DNA of 63,990 bases, counting the filler, from Acidimicrobiia bacterium (GTDB lineage: Bacteria; Actinomycetota; Acidimicrobiia; Spongiisociales; CAZKJJ01): assembly GCA_046759765.1 (NCBI GenBank). It is 13 parts of 13 records of this genome, joined end to end, with 100 filler letters (N's around TTAATTAATTAA, not from the genome) between each part and the next. Parts side by side here need not be neighbours in the genome. Positions count along the whole stretch, not along the records: positions 60,095 to 63,990 come from JBHICV010000198.1; 12 more parts are not named here. The stretch is one strand, 5' to 3'. Shown one piece after another: positions 63,070-63,990 of the stretch. Both the position numbers and the translations under genes were made by a program. How positions within the stretch are numbered: position 1 is the stretch's first letter; each line of letters begins with the position of its first letter. The notes beneath the pieces were generated by a model that was not told the origin of the DNA, ran no database searches, and saw only the letters and a list, made by a program, of their open reading frames with translations.

Positions 63070-63873
63070 GTGGCCGACCTGGAGAGGTTCCTGGGAGTCG
63101 CATCGGAGGCGGCCCGAGCGGGCGGCAAGGTTCTCCGCCGAGACTTTGGTGGGGAGGTTTCGGCTCGGGGCAAGGGCGCGCGCGATGTCGTCACTGAGAC
63201 CGACCTGGCCTCTGAGCGCGCTGTCCTGGAGCGGCTAGAAGAGATGCTCCCTGACCACGGGATCCGCGCGGAGGAGTCTGGATCGCGGCCGGCGCAGGGA
63301 CCCTACACTTGGATCGTGGATCCTCTCGATGGGACCTACAACTTCGTGATGGGAATCCCCCACTTCTCGGTGGTGCTCACATTGCTACGCGAAGAGCAGC
63401 CGGTGGTCTGCGTGCTGTTCAACCCGATCACCGATCAGCTTTTTGCGGCCTCGAAGGGAGGCGGCACGGCGCGCAACGGCCGACCGATCGCGGTGAGCGG
63501 TCAGGGAGAATTGAGCCAGGCCGTGATCGCTTTGGACCAGGGCCACGTCTTCGGCACGGTGGACCCGAGGTACCGTGCCCTGCTCCTGGAGCTGGAGGGA
63601 CGCAGTCTTCGAGTCACGAGGAACTGGGCCAACGCCATGGATCTGGCGCTCGTAGCGTCGGGTGGGATCGACGGCTACATCGGGTTCAACATCTCCGACG
63701 ACGAGCGGCTGGGCGGACGGCTACTGATCGAGGAGGCGGGAGGTCTGGCCGCAGAGTGGCCGGGGGACGCCGATCATCCGCAGGCCGGTCACCTCGTGGC
63801 TTCCAATGGAACCGCGCTTCACTCTGTACTTCTCAACATCGTGCAAGAACAGAACCCCACCTTGCTGAGCTAG
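63070..63873 (+). CDS. Inositol monophosphatase family protein (second tandem paralogue)
   Basis: VVTETDLASE, AEE, WIVDPLDGTYNF and IEEAGG. Confidence 0.9.
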   Translation: MADLERFLGVASEAARAGGKVLRRDFGGEVSARGKGARDVVTETDLASERAVLERLEEMLPDHGIRAEESGSRPAQGPYTWIVDPLDGTYNFVMGIPHFSVVLTLLREEQPVVCVLFNPITDQLFAASKGGGTARNGRPIAVSGQGELSQAVIALDQGHVFGTVDPRYRALLLELEGRSLRVTRNWANAMDLALVASGGIDGYIGFNISDDERLGGRLLIEEAGGLAAEWPGDADHPQAGHLVASNGTALHSVLLNIVQEQNPTLLS

Positions 63874-63990
63874 CAGCCAAATTCACAAGACCGACCAAGT
63901 GCTTGACTGTGCGACGGCAACACTGGAAGATGGGTTACGTGGTCGAAAATAGGGAGGCCAAGAGAATGAGCCCAGAACCCAAAGACAGCG

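Overview
This window is not one locus. It is 13 contigs of about 4.7-5.2 kb joined by 100-nt N/TTAATTAATTAA linkers, and the 11 complete contigs are sorted by decreasing length, so gene neighbourhoods mean nothing across a linker. Contigs: 1-5233, 5334-10549, 10650-15697, 15798-20811, 20912-25831, 25932-30833, 30934-35826, 35927-40728, 40829-45556, 45657-50377, 50478-55193, 55294-59994, 60095-63990. Most look like a high-GC actinobacterium, probably Acidimicrobiia-like (inferred from WhiB7, four-domain S1 next to polA, and an F420-type LLM oxidoreductase). The rpoB-rpoC-rpsL contig looks non-actinobacterial, and the RND, lipoprotein and last contigs may also be foreign, so this is probably a mixed bin. 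Housekeeping content includes acnA, orn, argS, rpoBC, rpsL, rpsA, polA, frdABCD, zwf, hutF, puuD, sufC, tRNA-Arg(CCG) and a partial tRNA-Val(TAC). The most notable signals are: (1) a tRNA-Arg followed by four tRNA-derived copies that share a new 16-nt anticodon-loop replacement and are interleaved with cargo genes, resembling a cassette array; (2) a dif/Xer-like site family found in that array and also flanking a Flp-pilin module on another contig; (3) a UxxC selenolipoprotein plus a second candidate tiny CU selenoprotein, each followed by a GGU-loop hairpin; (4) a complete whiB7/wblC-type uORF attenuator; (5) two IS110 bridge-RNA-like non-coding ends; (6) a 51-bp covarying palindromic repeat family; (7) a 669-bp in-frame tandem duplication. 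All calls come from reading the sequence; no searches were run.
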